DNA of 64,000 bases from Guillardia theta CCMP2712 (taxonomy: Eukaryota; Protista; Cryptophyta). Of the stretch, positions 1 through 13,100 are shown one piece after another. Where the stretch lies: the NCBI RefSeq assembly GCF_000315625.1, contig NW_005434667.1:467160-531159 (forward strand), given 5' to 3'. The position numbers were made by a program, and so were the translations under genes. The notes beneath the pieces were generated by a model. It worked only from the letters and a program-made list of their open reading frames with translations. It did no database searches and was not told where the DNA came from. The stretch's first letter is position 1. The number at the start of each line of letters is the position of its first letter.

Positions 1-2533
1 GCGAAGCCATGAGACCCGTCTTGAATCTGCTCTGCTCCAATGAAGAGGTCGTCAGAAAACAAGTCGCTACCATTTGTCCCATGCTGTTGTCAAATCCACC
101 CAGCAGGTCGTTAGTTTTGAGATTATGAATGATCGGATTTCGACGTTTCTAACAGGAATTTGCAGTGACATCGTTTCATTTCTTGTTGTTTTCCTTTCAC
201 ATGAAAACATTTCTGTCAGAAAAGCAGCGATTGCGGTTCTTCAAGTATGTGATACCCCAATGGATTCCTATCATGATGCGATTCCAGGACATATCTGGTC
301 TCAATGGCGAAGAATTAAAGAGCCGGCGTGCTCAACTACAGAAGATAGCCTTCGGATCCAAAGAGACGATTGAAGTGTTGTCGGGAGAAGGGAGGCTGAT
401 ATCAGACGGATTGAATGAGGTCATGCAGGAGCTTGATATGTCTTGAATGCAGCCTGTGAGTTCAGTTGCAGGAAGAAGAGAGGATGTTGAGCAGGCACGG
501 CAACGACTTCGTAGCCAAAGGACTGGTCTGCGAGATGATCAAGGTACTCGAATGTCTTGGTGGGAGGTCGAGTGAAGGAAGGCAGGGCACAAGTGGGTTA
601 GAATCGAGTCACTGGAAGCGAAGGATTCTCCTTCTCAATCAGTACGGTATGCTCCCTCTGATGGGCCCGTGCGCTTGTGAGGGTCTTGAATCAGGCGAAG
701 TCTGGCTCGCGTCCATGAATCATTTGCTCGATCCGATTCAAATCATCGCCAGGAACTCCGACATCGTCGTTACCAAGTTGCAGTTCGGGTCGCTCTTCCA
801 ATCGGCTCTCCGTATCGATGTAGCTGGTGCGATCCTCTTCACGTGTGCGCTCGTGACATGCGGCGTGCCTGAGGTCAGATGGAAATCAGACTGAGACGTA
901 CAACTTGGGTTTCATCACGAGAGAAGAGTTTGTCGGCAAGCTGAAGTTTTCTGCGATGTTGTGAAATCTGACTCCCGCTTTCTAGCTTGGCTCTGTGATT
1001 TCATAGAGATCGAGAAGAAAAACTCTCGTAGCAATGTGCGAAAAAGAAAGGATGAACATCGTCGTGTTGATTACAACATGGTAATTGATTTTTAAGAAAC
1101 AGGGAACAAGGTTGACTGAATTTGTAACAGACAAAATATGAAGAAAATTACTATGGCAAGACAGAGATGGCACTGGATCAATTCATAACTGAGTTGATGA
1201 CTCCAAAGCTTGTAATGACAAGTCCGGACTTGACGAAACTCTGATTCGATTCTTATCAGACCTCAATAGGCGACAGGCAGAGCTCAGATAGAATGAGAAT
1301 TCTAGTCGAGAGATTGAACAATCTCGTCACTGATAAGGAGGTGAATGCTGATGAATCGGTTGATCTGATCGCGCATGCTAAGAAGGGAATCTTTAGCTGT
1401 TCTTTCGGTTTGCAGATGACTCTCAGCGACTAAACGACAGAAATCTTCGAAACCAGAACACGATCACGAACTTTGAGAGTGCAAAGATGAGCATCACCGA
1501 GCTGATTCGAATGTTGAAACATTTCGATGTATGAATTTGAGCTAACGAAGCAGATCACCTGATCATTGAGCAGTTGTTTGGAACTTACTTCAGTCCCAAA
1601 CAAGTGAGCGAAGCATGGAAGATCGCAAACTCTGGCGAAGGACCCAGCGAGGATCACGACAACCTACAGGTGAAGTTGTTGATGTGGTGCTGGCGAGTTG
1701 AGACGAGTCAAGATGGACTGGGAAGAGTTTCAAGTCTGTATCAAGACGCTAGGAAAGCAGGTTATTCGTCTTTCTCTCTCAGAGTTTTCTTGCTGAAGTT
1801 CTCGATCAGGCGGGTATTGATGTGCAATCCGAAGAAGACGAAAGATTCAAAGTGCCTCCTCGCCTGTGCACCTCAAAATCTGACCTGTCTGCTTGATAGA
1901 ACCTTCAGAAGTATCAGATCACAGAGGTCAAGAACTTGCTCTTGCAGCACTGGAATGATTTTCAGCTCTTTGCTCGATATTGCGCTGGTTATCATGGAAG
2001 CGAGGGGGATTGACGATTGACAACGTGACAGGAACTCAAAAGGGAGCGGCAAAGAATCTAGTGCAAGCTATTGGCAAAAGTAGATAGTGGAAGGCCGAAG
2101 CTTTGGGTACTGACATGCTGAAAGAACGGATGAAATCAATGGACTTCAAGGAATTCATCGAGTTGTGTGAGCATATCAAACTCTTTCCGCGTGTAATGTC
2201 AAAGGTAAGACAGCATGAAAGGAGGGTATACAATGACAGGATTCAGGCTAAACTCGCAAAGCACTTTGAAACTGCCAACTCATTTGTTGAGCTCCGAGAT
2301 GAAGTGAGAGTTCTTCAAACTGAGTTGAAATGGTTTTGATTTCTCTTCAGGACCGGCACGAGTTCTCATTTGAAGAATACAAGTACGTCATGATTCAAAT
2401 TGCAAGGGAGCTGGGTGTGAAGATAATCGTATGTGAGCATTCGATCTGAGCAATGGATTCACAACTACTGCAGGTCAACGGTCGAGATTTGACAGCGAAA
2501 CTCTTTATAGCTGAGATAACGGACAAGACATGA
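1..2533 (+). CDS. 5'-truncated multi-exon protein with HEAT/ARM-like repeats and a C-terminal EF-hand-like helical region
   Basis: Exon peptides such as IVSFLVVFLSHENISVRKAAIAVLQ (HEAT-like), MDFKEFIELCEHIKLFP and FSFEEYKYVMIQIA. Many short GT-AG introns. The last exon VNGRDLTAKLFIAEITDKT* ends at 2533. Confidence 0.5.
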
Positions 2534-2559
2534 TGATATCTGTTGAATCGAATAATGTG

Positions 2560-4108
2560 TCATACTGTATCAATAATCTGTTTGGGGGCGCTTGGAAGGT
2601 TATGTAAAAATAGTCGAAGGTCTTGTGGAATCGGTTCCTGCATCCAGTCACTGAGAGTCATAAAGCTCGACATGGTCAAGTGATAAAAGAAAGCACCTCT
2701 ACGATAACCTCCTGGTTCTTGACAGGGTGCAGTAGCGAAAGCCTCCAAGCATGCAAGCACAGCCTCGGTAGTCCATACCTGCACCTTTTATCAGCCCCTG
2801 GCAAGACGCTCTCAGCGCGCTGACTGTTCCCGGAAGGCTGTGTTGATTCTTCCTTTGCCGTAGGAGGTATCGCCCAGAATGTTCAGCTGCAGGTCTAGCT
2901 GGGGTCAGCGCCCCTTGCCTCCTAACTGCAACTGACCCTGCAGGTGTCTCCGGATCTGATGTCTCCGTCCTGTGTACAGGGTTGCCTGTAGTTTCACAAT
3001 CAACAGCCAGCAGGGAAGCAAGGGAGAGAGAGCGAGGAGCAGGGAGAGCGAGGAAAGGGAAAGCTTCGAGTGAAGTGAACTTCACCTTGAGGATCGAGAC
3101 CGTCACGTTGCGCGTGAATCTCTTCTCCTCTCCTGATATGCTGGACTCCTCGATCCAAGTCCCATCCTCCATCTTCACCATGAGCGGTTCGTCAATCTCA
3201 ACCTGCAAGCTTGCAGTCAGTGCAAATCCTTCACGTTCCCCTCCATCACCTCAAAACTCGCTAGCCGCTGGAAGCTGGTCTTGCATTCTCTGACCGTCCT
3301 GTCCTTGCTGTCTCTATCGGTTCTGCGGGAAGAGAAGAAGACCTTCAGCTTGTCTCATGTTCATGTCTGACAACTTACAAAGGTTTGTCGCAAACAAATT
3401 CATCTTTTTCAGGTACCCCACGCACAATGCAAATGTATTGTTTCTGAGCGTTGTACAACGCTTTCTTTCATCTCACATCAGCTGCTCACACATATCAACT
3501 CTTGTCACCTGTGCAAGAGCTGCCATCTCAGAATTTTTAGCAAACAGGACCAATCCCGAGGTCGCGCGATCCAGTCGGTTCACCATGTAGATTTGTTTCT
3601 TGACTAGATCTCGAACAATCTGTAGAAGAAAGACCTTGTCTTGACGAGAAACATAAGACTTGTGTACCAGAAGGTTACCAGGCTTGCTGACAACCAGCAA
3701 ATCATCATCCTCATAGCAAACTTTGACCTTCGAAGCCATATCCGCATATTGCTCTTCGAGTGACATCGCTGACTCGTCCTCATCCCCCTCATCCGCTTCC
3801 TGATCCTGATCCCCTTCCTCGTTCTCATGCATGAGGGTAACGCTAAGTCGGAGAGAGCCAGGAGGGCATCTGAGCATCCTCCGCTCCCACAAGAAGCCTC
3901 GTGACTTCGCTTGCTTGAACATCAACGCCGGGCCACGAGACAGCATGACAGGCGGTCGCGCCACCAGCGTCTTGTGGGACCCTGACGCCCACAGCAAAGA
4001 CAGGCGGGAGCTACACGCTGTGAGGGAGGAGGAGGAGGAGGAGGAGAAGGCTGAAACTCCCTGCACCACCAGCATCGCCGCGCACGCCACCCGCCCGGTT
4101 GTGCGCAT
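2560..4108 (-). CDS. truC: RluA/TruC-family RNA pseudouridine synthase with a probable bipartite plastid-targeting leader (multi-exon)
   Basis: Motifs YEDDDLLVVSKPGNLLVH, NRLDRATSGLVLFAK (catalytic Asp), KQYICIVRG, GRRHQIRRHL, ILGDTSYGKGRIN and RLCLHAWRL. The N-terminus MRTTGRVACAAMLVVQGVSA-F is followed by a Ser-rich stretch. Confidence 0.85.
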
Positions 4109-4182
4109 AGCAACAAGCAACATTGGAGTATGGACAGGGGTGAAGGGGTCCACATTCAATTTAGATGCTTGGCTGGTTTGAA

Positions 4183-4210
4183 GGGGTAGGGTAGGGGTAG
4201 GGGATGAGGG
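4183..4210. promoter_or_regulatory. (GGGGTA/GGGTA) G-run cluster in the divergent truC / RRM promoter, G-quadruplex-capable
   Basis: GGGGTAGGGTAGGGGTAGGGGATGAGGG, containing five G3+ runs. Confidence 0.4.
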
Positions 4211-4486
4211 ACCACGATTTCACGTGCGAAAATGTCGGGCGGAGAGGGGGAGATGGGACGGGAACGAGGGCAAGGGAGGGAGGAAGGGAGGGAGAGACGG
4301 GAGGAGACGAGGGGTTGAGAGGAGCAAGAGGGAGGATACGGCAGGTGGGGCGTCAAAAGTAGCGCACAAGGAGAAGAAGAGGATTAGAGATACAGGAAAT
4401 GAACGAATCATAGCAGTACGATGTAGCGAGGAGGGGAAGTGAAGATGGATTCTGATCTTATGTAAAGGTGACGAACGCGTGAAATC

Positions 4487-6494
4487 ATGTCGAAGACAAA
4501 GTCCCGAAAACAAGTGGAAGTGGAAGTGGAAGAAAAGAAAGAGACGATCGTTGAAAAGAAGACAAAACGGAAACAAGTGAACGAGGATCAGGATCACGCA
4601 GAAGGATCAGCAACCAAGAAGAAGAAGGGTGGCGCCGACAAAGGATCAAACGCTAGCAAACAGAAGGCAATGGACGGTGAAGAAGAAGCAAAGCACAAAG
4701 ACCCTGCTGATCACAAGAAGAAGAAAGATGGCAATAGTAGCAACACCCCTTCGAACAAGAAGAAGGAGAAACCAGCAAAGAACTCGAACAAATCACAATC
4801 AGCGTCTTCTTCCAACAAGATCCATCCCGTGCTTGTGAGAGGCTTGTTCGATGTCAGCGTCGCGGACCTGCAGGATCTGTTCAGCGAGTGCGGTCAGACT
4901 CGGCAAGTGAAGATCAAGGGGAACGGAAAAGCGATCGTCGAGTTCAACGATAAGGCAGCAGCTCATACAGCGATGAGTCTCAATGGGACGGAAATCGATG
5001 GGAAAGTTCTCAAAGTCTCGAAACTGCCGCCAGAGGAGGCGACAGGAGCCCAGGACGAGAAGGAGGACGACGGGTACTCGACCTCTGTGTGCATCAACAG
5101 TGTCCCGCCGGGTACGACAGTGCAGGAGGTGAAGGAGGCATGCTTGAAGCACGGAGGGGTGGTGAAGGTGAAGATGGACAAGAAGAGGGATGGAGTTGCC
5201 TTCTGTGAGTTCGAGGAGAAAGACGCTGCTCGTCAGGTGCGTCCTCGCGTGCAGAAAGCAGGCCTGACCCCTCGCAGGCCGCGAAGAAGAGTATCAGGAT
5301 AGGAAGGACTCTGTGCAAGACCGTCCAGCTGAAACAAGAGTCTGTCAAAGGGTGAGCTGCAACGAGGAGGAGGAGGAGGAGAGAGGAGAGAGGGGAGGAG
5401 CGAGAGGAGAGGAGAGGAGGAGCTTTTTCGTTTTGGTCCTGATCGGTTTGACCAGACCTGAGGTAGAGAAGAAGGAAACTTTGACAGCGAAGGCAAAGAA
5501 AAACATGCAGACAACTGTGTTAGTGAAGAAGCTGAGCGAAGATGTCGACACAGTAAGATCCGATGAAATGACATCTCCCTCTCCCTGCTCTCATCCTGTC
5601 CCACCTACCAACCATCCCTCTTTTACCTTCTTCTACTTGTTTACCTGACTTGGGTACGCAAGAAAATTCTCTCAGAGTTCTTCTCCAAGTGCGGTGAGGC
5701 AATGGAAGTTCGAATGGCGTCAGCTCATGGCGAGAAGATTGCTTTCATTAAGTTTGGAACAAAGACAGGTGCCTTTCTCCTCCTATCCCCTCTCTACTCC
5801 GTTGTCCTGTTCACCTTCACCTTGCATCTCCTCTCCTCTCCTCTCCTCTCCTCTCCTCTCCTCTCCTCTCCTCTCCTCTCCTCTCCTCTCCTCTCCTCTC
5901 CTCTCCTCTCCTCTCCTCTCCTCTCCTCTCCTCTCCTCTCCTCTCTACTCCTCTCTGCTCCTCTCCTCTCCAACTGCTCACAGCCCCAGTCTTTCTGTCT
6001 TAATGTTGTTGATCGCATCCGTCAGCCTTCAGGAAGGCGTTGAAGATGAAAGGAACGGAGCTGAAGGGGATGAAACTACTTGTGTCTGCTGCCAAGAACG
6101 TCACTGAGCGAAGTGAAGCGCAAGAGCATCAGAAGCGACCGAAACCTGCCTCCTGCCGCACTATCATCGTCAAGAATCTTCCCTACGCCATCGGAGACAC
6201 TGAGGAGAAGATAAAGAACAAGATCAAGAGAGTTTTCAAGGTATCGCTTCCTCGCCTCCCTCCTCTCCATCTCCCTCCCACCCTCCTCCCCTCTCTCTTC
6301 CCCTCCTCTTCTCATTCTCTCGTGTCCTCAGGTGTGCGGAACTGTCAAGGACGTCAGGCCCTTCATGGAGAGGAAGCAGAATGGGGAGGATCCGACATTC
6401 AAGGTCTCACGCTCGCTCGCTCGCTCCCATTCTTCCTTACTTCCCCTCTCCTCCCTCCTTCCCCTCCTTCCCTCCCTCCCTCCCATCCCATCCT

Positions 6495-6527
<33 letters not shown>

Positions 6528-6900
6528 CCAGCATAAATCCATCCTCTCCCTCCCTTCCTTCTCACTTTCTGCCTCAATCCTTCTATTAGCGTCTATGCCA
6601 TGTTCGCCCACCATTGACAGCCCAGCAGGGGATGGCGTATGTTGAATTCAACGAGTCTGAGGCTGCAGATGCGGCGCTTAAGATGAACGGTGAGCACGCG
6701 GAGAGGAGGAGAGGCCGAGAGGGAGTGGGGCAAGGCGAAGCAGCGCAGGCAGTGAACGAGCTGCAGGTCGAGACAACGATGGTCGGCCGATGAAGATTGA
6801 CTGGGCGGACAACAAGGAGATTGCCCTCAAGAAGAAGTTCGGAACAGGAAAGATCCCCCCCAAGCCTAGCGTTGGAAAGAAAGGAAAGAAGCAAGAATGA
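4487..6900 (+). CDS. Nucleolin-like protein with a Lys-rich N-terminus and about four RRM domains (multi-exon)
   Basis: RNP-like motifs VLVRGL..GKAIVEF, VCINSV..GVAFCEF, VLVKKL..KIAFIKF and IIVKNLP..GMAYVEF. Basic C-tail ending TGA at 6898-6900. Confidence 0.8.
5827..5970. repeat. (CTCTC)n intronic microsatellite
   Basis: Direct pentanucleotide tandem array inside an intron of the RRM gene. Confidence 0.95.
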
Positions 6901-6942
6901 AGATGAAGTTGTAAGATGAAATCTCCAGCAATCACTAGCCCA

Positions 6943-9900
6943 TTACAAGAGACTTCCAGTCTCTTCCTTCCTGTCGTCCCTCTCCTTCGTTATCCTACCA
7001 AGGATTCTTATATCTCCGATGACCTGCACCCAAGCGTCAGCTTCTCGCTTGCTTCGCTTCCTCCGCTCACCCAGCACGTCCGTCAGCTCCAGCATTGAGT
7101 TTGATCGCCACTTCTTGTTGACGAGGAAGAGTCCACCCATCAGCTCCAGCACCTGGTGAGCAGCATGAGGACGAGGAGCGAGCAGCGAGAGGAGCACCTC
7201 TTCCGCCTTGTACAGGCAGTGCGAAGCCGTCGCTGGTTGTCTTCCTACCGTACACGTAAAAACTTTCACTTCCTGTGAGACGCGCATCAGTCGCGTCAGC
7301 TTTAGTTCGCCAGGCTATTATGGTGGAACCTGCACGGTCTGACTGTTGGAAACAACTCGATATTGGGCGTCTCTATGGTACGCCATGATGACCTGAGCAA
7401 CCATCAGTTGCTCTAAGGAGACGAGAGGCGGTCAAATCTGTCAATCACCTTGAACATGTCTTCATCTGCAATGTCATCTCCAATGCCCAGAAGGAAATCG
7501 ACCCCTCCCCTGTTGTTGTAGTGCTTGATCGTATGCTCGACAAACGCTCCTTTCGTCACTCCCTGCCAATCTAATCACAAACTTCTTCTCACCAGCACCA
7601 GCACCAGCACCAGCACCAGCACCAGCACCAGCACCAGCACCAGCACCAGCACCAGCACCAGCACCAGCACCAGCACCAGCACCAGCACCAGCACCAGCAC
7701 CAGCAGCTTCTCCACCTCCACCTCCGGCTTCTCACCTCATGTCTAACCCGCACGAAAGTCTTGCCAAGGACGATTCGCACCGGGAAGTGCGACAGCATCT
7801 CCTGCAGGTGATTCTGCAGCTCCTTCCCCTGCAGGGACCCGAACTCCGGGTTTGCGCTCTCCCAGTGCCACGTCACCGACGAGATCTTGTCGTCTTCGAT
7901 CCAGCTTCCATTGGTTCTCTGCGTGTACTGTCGCATCAGCCCCACCGCCACGTCCTTCCACTCATCCGTGATGTGCATCTTCGTATCCCATCGCCCAAGA
8001 GGGCTTCCCGGCCACTTGTAGTAGTAGCCGTCCTCTGCCGCCAGCCCCACCTTGTCCAGCCCCTCGATCTCCCCCAGGTAGTTGCGGATCTCCTCAGGGG
8101 AGTAGCTGCTCAGAAGGAAGAGGAAGTTGCCCTGGTGCTCCGAGATGTTTCGCAAGCACTTGGCAATCTCTCTCTTAGACGTCAAAGTTGCTGGCCCCTC
8201 CAGCGCTTTCTCGGGATACAAGATCGGCCGCAGCAGCAGGTCGATGTCGACAATCAATAGTCTAGTTTGTGCCTGCTGATATGCCGAGTAGACATGCTCA
8301 AGCTTCAGGTGCTTCGACGACATCTCCTTATGCGGCATCTTCACTATCCCCACCCGGCATCGCGCTCGAACATCTTCTCCAAGCTCCAACATCGTTTCTC
8401 GGATCTTCTTCATATCCAGAAAGGCCTTCTCTGCCCATGAGTAAACGGTGTTCTTCTTACAGAAAGCGACTTGCAATTCATGCCAGAACTTCTTCTCGTG
8501 GTCGTCTTGCAGCAGCAGCTTGTGAATCGCTCGAGCAAGATCCTCGTCCCTCCAGGGATTCGTCCTGACAGCGCCAGGCAGAACACGAGAGCAGCCGAGA
8601 AACTCCGAGACAACAAACCCTCCTTTCTTCTCGTCACCGCACAATACAAACTCGAAGGGAACAAGATTGAGACCATGTCGAATCGACGAGTTGACAAGCA
8701 TATCAGCACAGGAAAAAAGTGAGACCCTCTCCGCAAACGGCATTCTCCTGTGATAGTGAAGGACCAGCCCCGGGTATTCATTGTTGAGCTCGTTCGCAAG
8801 TTTTGCCACCTCGTTTCTGTAGTCCGAGTGTATCTCGTTACCTTCAGCATCCTGCAGCGGGACCGTGACGAGAACAAGAACAACGTTGCCCAGGATGGAT
8901 GGGAACAGGCGGACAAGAGATTGAAAGGCGCGGAGCAGGAGTAGGATCCCACTCATAGGCTCGAGGTCATCGTAACCGAGAACAACGTGTTTGGAGCGGA
9001 AGATTTCATTCCACTTGGCCTTGAACTGAGGGACGCGCTCATCACTCTCAAACTTCTCCAAGAAGGTCCCTGAGTCCATGCCGACATGACTCGCACGGAT
9101 ATGAACGTGATGCCCTCTGAAGTTCAGCTGTACAAGTCCTCCTCGCATCGAATGATATTCCAGACCCAACAGGCGCGAGCAACAGGTCAGGAAATGCCGG
9201 GCATAAGTGAAACAGTGAAAGAATATCATATTCGAGTTCAACACACTTCGTAGAATTTCTTTGCGAGCAGGGAGCATCCGAAATATATCCGATGAAGGAA
9301 ATGGAGTGTTGAAAACAAACCCAATGTTAGCACTTTTACACCTGCCAACCGGTGAGAAGACAACATGTATTTTGAAAGATGTACCTTGCTCCAACAAATG
9401 CCGGAACCATTAACAACTCGATATCTACTATCCACACGTAATCCCCATCATTGAACCTCTCCACCAGAGGTTGAACCATTTCAAGATTCACAGTGTTATA
9501 GGTCTGCCATTTACTTTGCTTTTCCAGAGCGCCCTTGTGAAATGCCAAGCACATGTCTGCCATGGTAGGAACCATAAAGTGAAAGGTGGGACGCAAAATT
9601 CGTTCGCAGAATTCTTGAAAGTCTCGTGCCATTCCACAGGACAGAAAAACAGGAAGACATTGAAAATCCCTCTCAAGTATCTTAGAGACCTTTTCACGGT
9701 CTTCTGGTGGCACTTCGATACCTAACCAGCCAATGTACCAAATTTGAGCCTTCTTCCTCAGTTTTCTCAACTTTTCCACAACATAGCTGGCATGCCGGCT
9801 AGAAGTATTTGTGGCATAACCTGACGTACATGTCAGTTTTTTCGACAAGAAAACAAATCGTATTTCAACAAGGCTCCACACCTGGATGCCATTCAAAAAA

Positions 9901-10758
9901 GTAGTCGTTGCTCCCCTTGGGTCCTCTGATCGTTCTCAATGGAAGCTTATATGATATTATGTACAAACATTCCCCAATGATCGAAACTTGCTGCTCGGTG
10001 TATTCGTTGTAAACTGAAGTCCTTCCACTGGCGTCGATTGCGAGCTTTCGCTGTTTGCGATCTAACAGCTGCGCTCTTTCAACATTGAATTTACCATCCT
10101 CCAAGACCACGAAGACACCTTCTGGCGTAAATGTTCGATTTGAGATGTCTACCTCCCATTCGACCTCGCTCGTGGATCTTCGGTATATGATGTACTTGTA
10201 CTCAACAGGCTCTCCGCTGGGAACTTCGACGCTGCCAGTCCACATGGGATACATCGACTGATCAGTATGGAGAGGTATTGCCTTATCTGGCTGCCAACAT
10301 CCCAACGGAGGGCAAGATCCCACCACACTCAGATGGTCACCTGTCTGCGTGTATGCGTGTATCTGAAACTGGACGCGAGTTTTCATCTCATGGGGGAACC
10401 TTGGAAGGGAAATCGGCAATGTCTTTCGCTCAGACCTCTCCATGTTTTTGATTGCCTCGTTGCTATTACTCTTGCTCAGCTTCTTCTCAACGTTGATGGC
10501 TTCGTTGCTGTTGTTTCTGCTCAGCCTCCTCTCTCCCCTCTCCATGCCCTTCAAGCTCTCTGATGAGCTTGCTGCAGACAAACCAGGAGACAACCCGTCT
10601 AGAGCACCTACCCAGCCATCAAGACTTCTGTGTGGCCCAGACCAGTCCTCTCCAACCGAACCATGCCCCTCACTGTCTTCGAAGCCATTCGACTGCATAA
10701 CGCGATGATCTACAGCAATCATACGTTGTGGTTCCAGGTTTGCAGCCGAGATCATCAT
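6943..10758 (-). CDS. CBM20 starch-binding domain + trehalose-6-phosphate synthase (GT20) + trehalose phosphatase-like (HAD) fusion, class II-like and degenerate
   Basis: CBM20: VQFQIHAYTQTGDHLSVVGSCPPLGCWQPDKAIPL..YPMW..VEYKYII. GT20: TPFPSSDIFRMLP, YARHFLTCCSRLLGL, GLNLVPFEFV, SEFLGCSRVLPGAVRTNPW. TPP: YTQRTNGSWIE, GIGDDIADEDMF. Introns near 9830-9870, 9340-9390 and 7560-7735. Confidence 0.9.
7590..7706. repeat. (ACCAGC)n intronic microsatellite
   Basis: Hexanucleotide tandem array within a TPS intron. It produces the spurious WCWC/STST ORF tails. Confidence 0.95.
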
Positions 10759-11767
10759 ATGGAATTCATAGTTCACCAACAAACATCAGATGTAACATCT
10801 GGACGATCTGAAACGTTCCCATCACCTGTCCATAATTGAACTTCACTGAATGTGACTCTGCAAAAATCCACAAATGCATGAGTCTATCTCCATAATCTGA
10901 CATCCCGTCAGGCTAAAATTGATACATGAAGCGCTCAACACTCTTGCCAGCTGTCCTGTCTCCTCTCCCCCTTCAATCCTGCCTCACGGGCTACCTCATG
11001 AAACAAATTTCTCAACACCTCCTGGCAATGATCTTGCTTGTCACGTTAGACTCTTTCTTTCCCCTCCCTCATCTCATCCTTACTTCAACGTGCTCCTATC
11101 TTCCCTTCTAGTTTCCATCCCGATACTTCCTCCCTGCATCCCCTCTCTCCTGCTTCCCTGCCGTCCCCTTCAATGCCGTGGACGGCATCAAGCATGGTCA
11201 GCGCAAACCACCCTACGTATTCCGGGGGTTGGTGGACCTAGACTACGAAGGTAGGGGTAGTCAGCAATGTGACTGGGGATTGAGACAGAATTTCTAGGGG
11301 TAGTACACTGATGTTGGTTCGTACCTAGAGGGGTACTGGGCTCTCAGCGGGTATGGACGGGTAGTCTGGTGCCACTTCTACAATTCAGCAAAATTTGACG
11401 AGGAGGGTGGGGTTCACACACTTTGTGGGTAGGTGGGGTGGTAAGGGGGTTGTATGAAGAGTGTGGTACTAAGAGAAGGGGGGTGGAGGTCGCAAAAGTA
11501 ATGGTTGCAACGGGGGGCTGAAAATGGGAGGTAGGGGGTAGTAGCAAACAAGGGAAGGAAGGGAAAGAGATGGGTGATCCCTGGGATAATGTGGGGTACT
11601 ACTTTAAGTGGAAGGGGTCCCTCTGCACCTACCAAATTGAAGTGGAGTAGCTCAAGGCCTGGGCCCGCCTCAACATGCCGTGGAACCAGCTGCGCGGGGT
11701 CTTCGAAGGCTCCAAACATTTCAACTCGTTCCTTCTATATTTTGAACTTTAATGATAAAAGTTGAAA

Positions 11768-13100
11768 TGAAGCCTCGGAGTAAGATTTCTTCCGCCGACG
11801 GTGTCCAGTCCGGCTCCAGCTGGCTTCCTGCTCCATCGATGATCCCCGTCCTCGCCTGTTCCTCGCGCTTCACGACAGCACCTCTGCTCTCAGCGTCTTG
11901 TCTCCCAACTTCTCTTTCCACAACGCTGTGCCGCTTCCCAGCCATGCGAGTCACTCAACGATGGTACACAGTTGGAGTATTTCGGTGGGCTACCACGCTT
12001 TGATTATCAGACTACTCTTGAAATTCACGACTTGGCCCCTTGTTCCGAGACTTTCTGAATCGCAAGCTGAGCGAAGTCTTCCAGCCTAGCATGAAATTCA
12101 CCATGTTGCCCATGGACATTGTCAGTGTTGAACGGTTCTTGATGGTCCTTAGCCACGGGAGTCTCGGAGAGTCAGATAGGCTTTGAGTGCAAGAAACACA
12201 CTTTGTGCTTGTCGTTCCTGCGCTGACTTGCACTTCGCATAGATGCTGCTGCCTCCATTTCAAGTCTGAAAACCGCCCAAATGCAATTACGTGTCATGGT
12301 GGAGAACGGCTTGCACTGTCTTCAAGAACCTTCCCAGCTAGGGGACTGTTGTGAATGTGGTCTATCGAAGAATAGTTGACGTGGGCTTTGTGAGAAGAAA
12401 CCAAAATGAATTGATGGAGAGATATGTTGCTAATGATGCGATCGGAGAGAAGCATGCTTTCCACACCTCCGCCGTGCTCCATTCCGAGTGGAACGTCGCC
12501 GCTGCTTGTGCAAGTATGTCCGTGATCGTGTCTGTCTAAGCGCTAGTGACCTTTGTTGGATGTGTTTCCAGCAAGCAGCGCATGGAGCCTTGCTGCAACT
12601 AGACGATCAAGATCCGGCCAGCAAGGCATCGAACATCGCAGAGATAAAGAAATATGCAAAGAGGTTTGACTTGGGTTTGATCCAGGTGAATTCCGTGCCG
12701 CATAAGAGAGAAAGCTTGAAAGGTACCTCCACGTACAGCTTCATCGTCTGTCCAGACGGGTTCTCGAAGTTGAGTGAGAACGAAGTGGCGTCGAGCTGCG
12801 CCGACTTGAACTTGACCTGTCCAGCTGGCTCTTAATGCATCTGCAAGCCGTCTCTTGGGATGAGCTGTATGAGAAGTACCTGCAAGGGAACTTGACGTTT
12901 TCGACTGAAGGATTAGGGTCGCTAGTTCTTGACGATGTGTACGAGTCGTAGTTATGCGTCAAACATCAGTACTGCACGATTCCACCTGACGAGTGGTTCT
13001 GCTTTGTGTTCAACGAGCTCAATGGTTCATCCACACCATGGGCCCCGAACGCTGAGCTCAGACTCGTGGGAGAGAGCTGCTTGTCAACACATCTTCGACT
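11768..13100 (+). pseudogene. Decayed extracellular sensor of the phosphonate-binding (PnhD-like) periplasmic-binding-protein type, with a Cys-rich linker
   Basis: Fragments WYTVGVF..*..*..GPLFRDFLNRKLSEVFQPSMKF, SISSLKTAQMQLRVMVENG..QEPSQL, IVDVGFVRRNQNELM, TSAVLHSEWNVAA, ALLQLDDQDPASKASNIA and CPDGFSKLSENEVASSC..CPAGS*CICKP. In-frame stops and frame changes are present. No catalytic domain follows. Confidence 0.6.

Noticed and set aside
4183-4210. GGGTA repeats as an interstitial telomere
   Set aside because: Too short and irregular, and the motif is dispersed in promoter spacers.
5694-6107. ORFs with LLSSP/RGEER, WCWC, PACL/QAGR or EQEQ repeats (also near 7.6, 45.2, 45.8 and 60.5 kb)
   Set aside because: These are translations of intronic microsatellites, not proteins.
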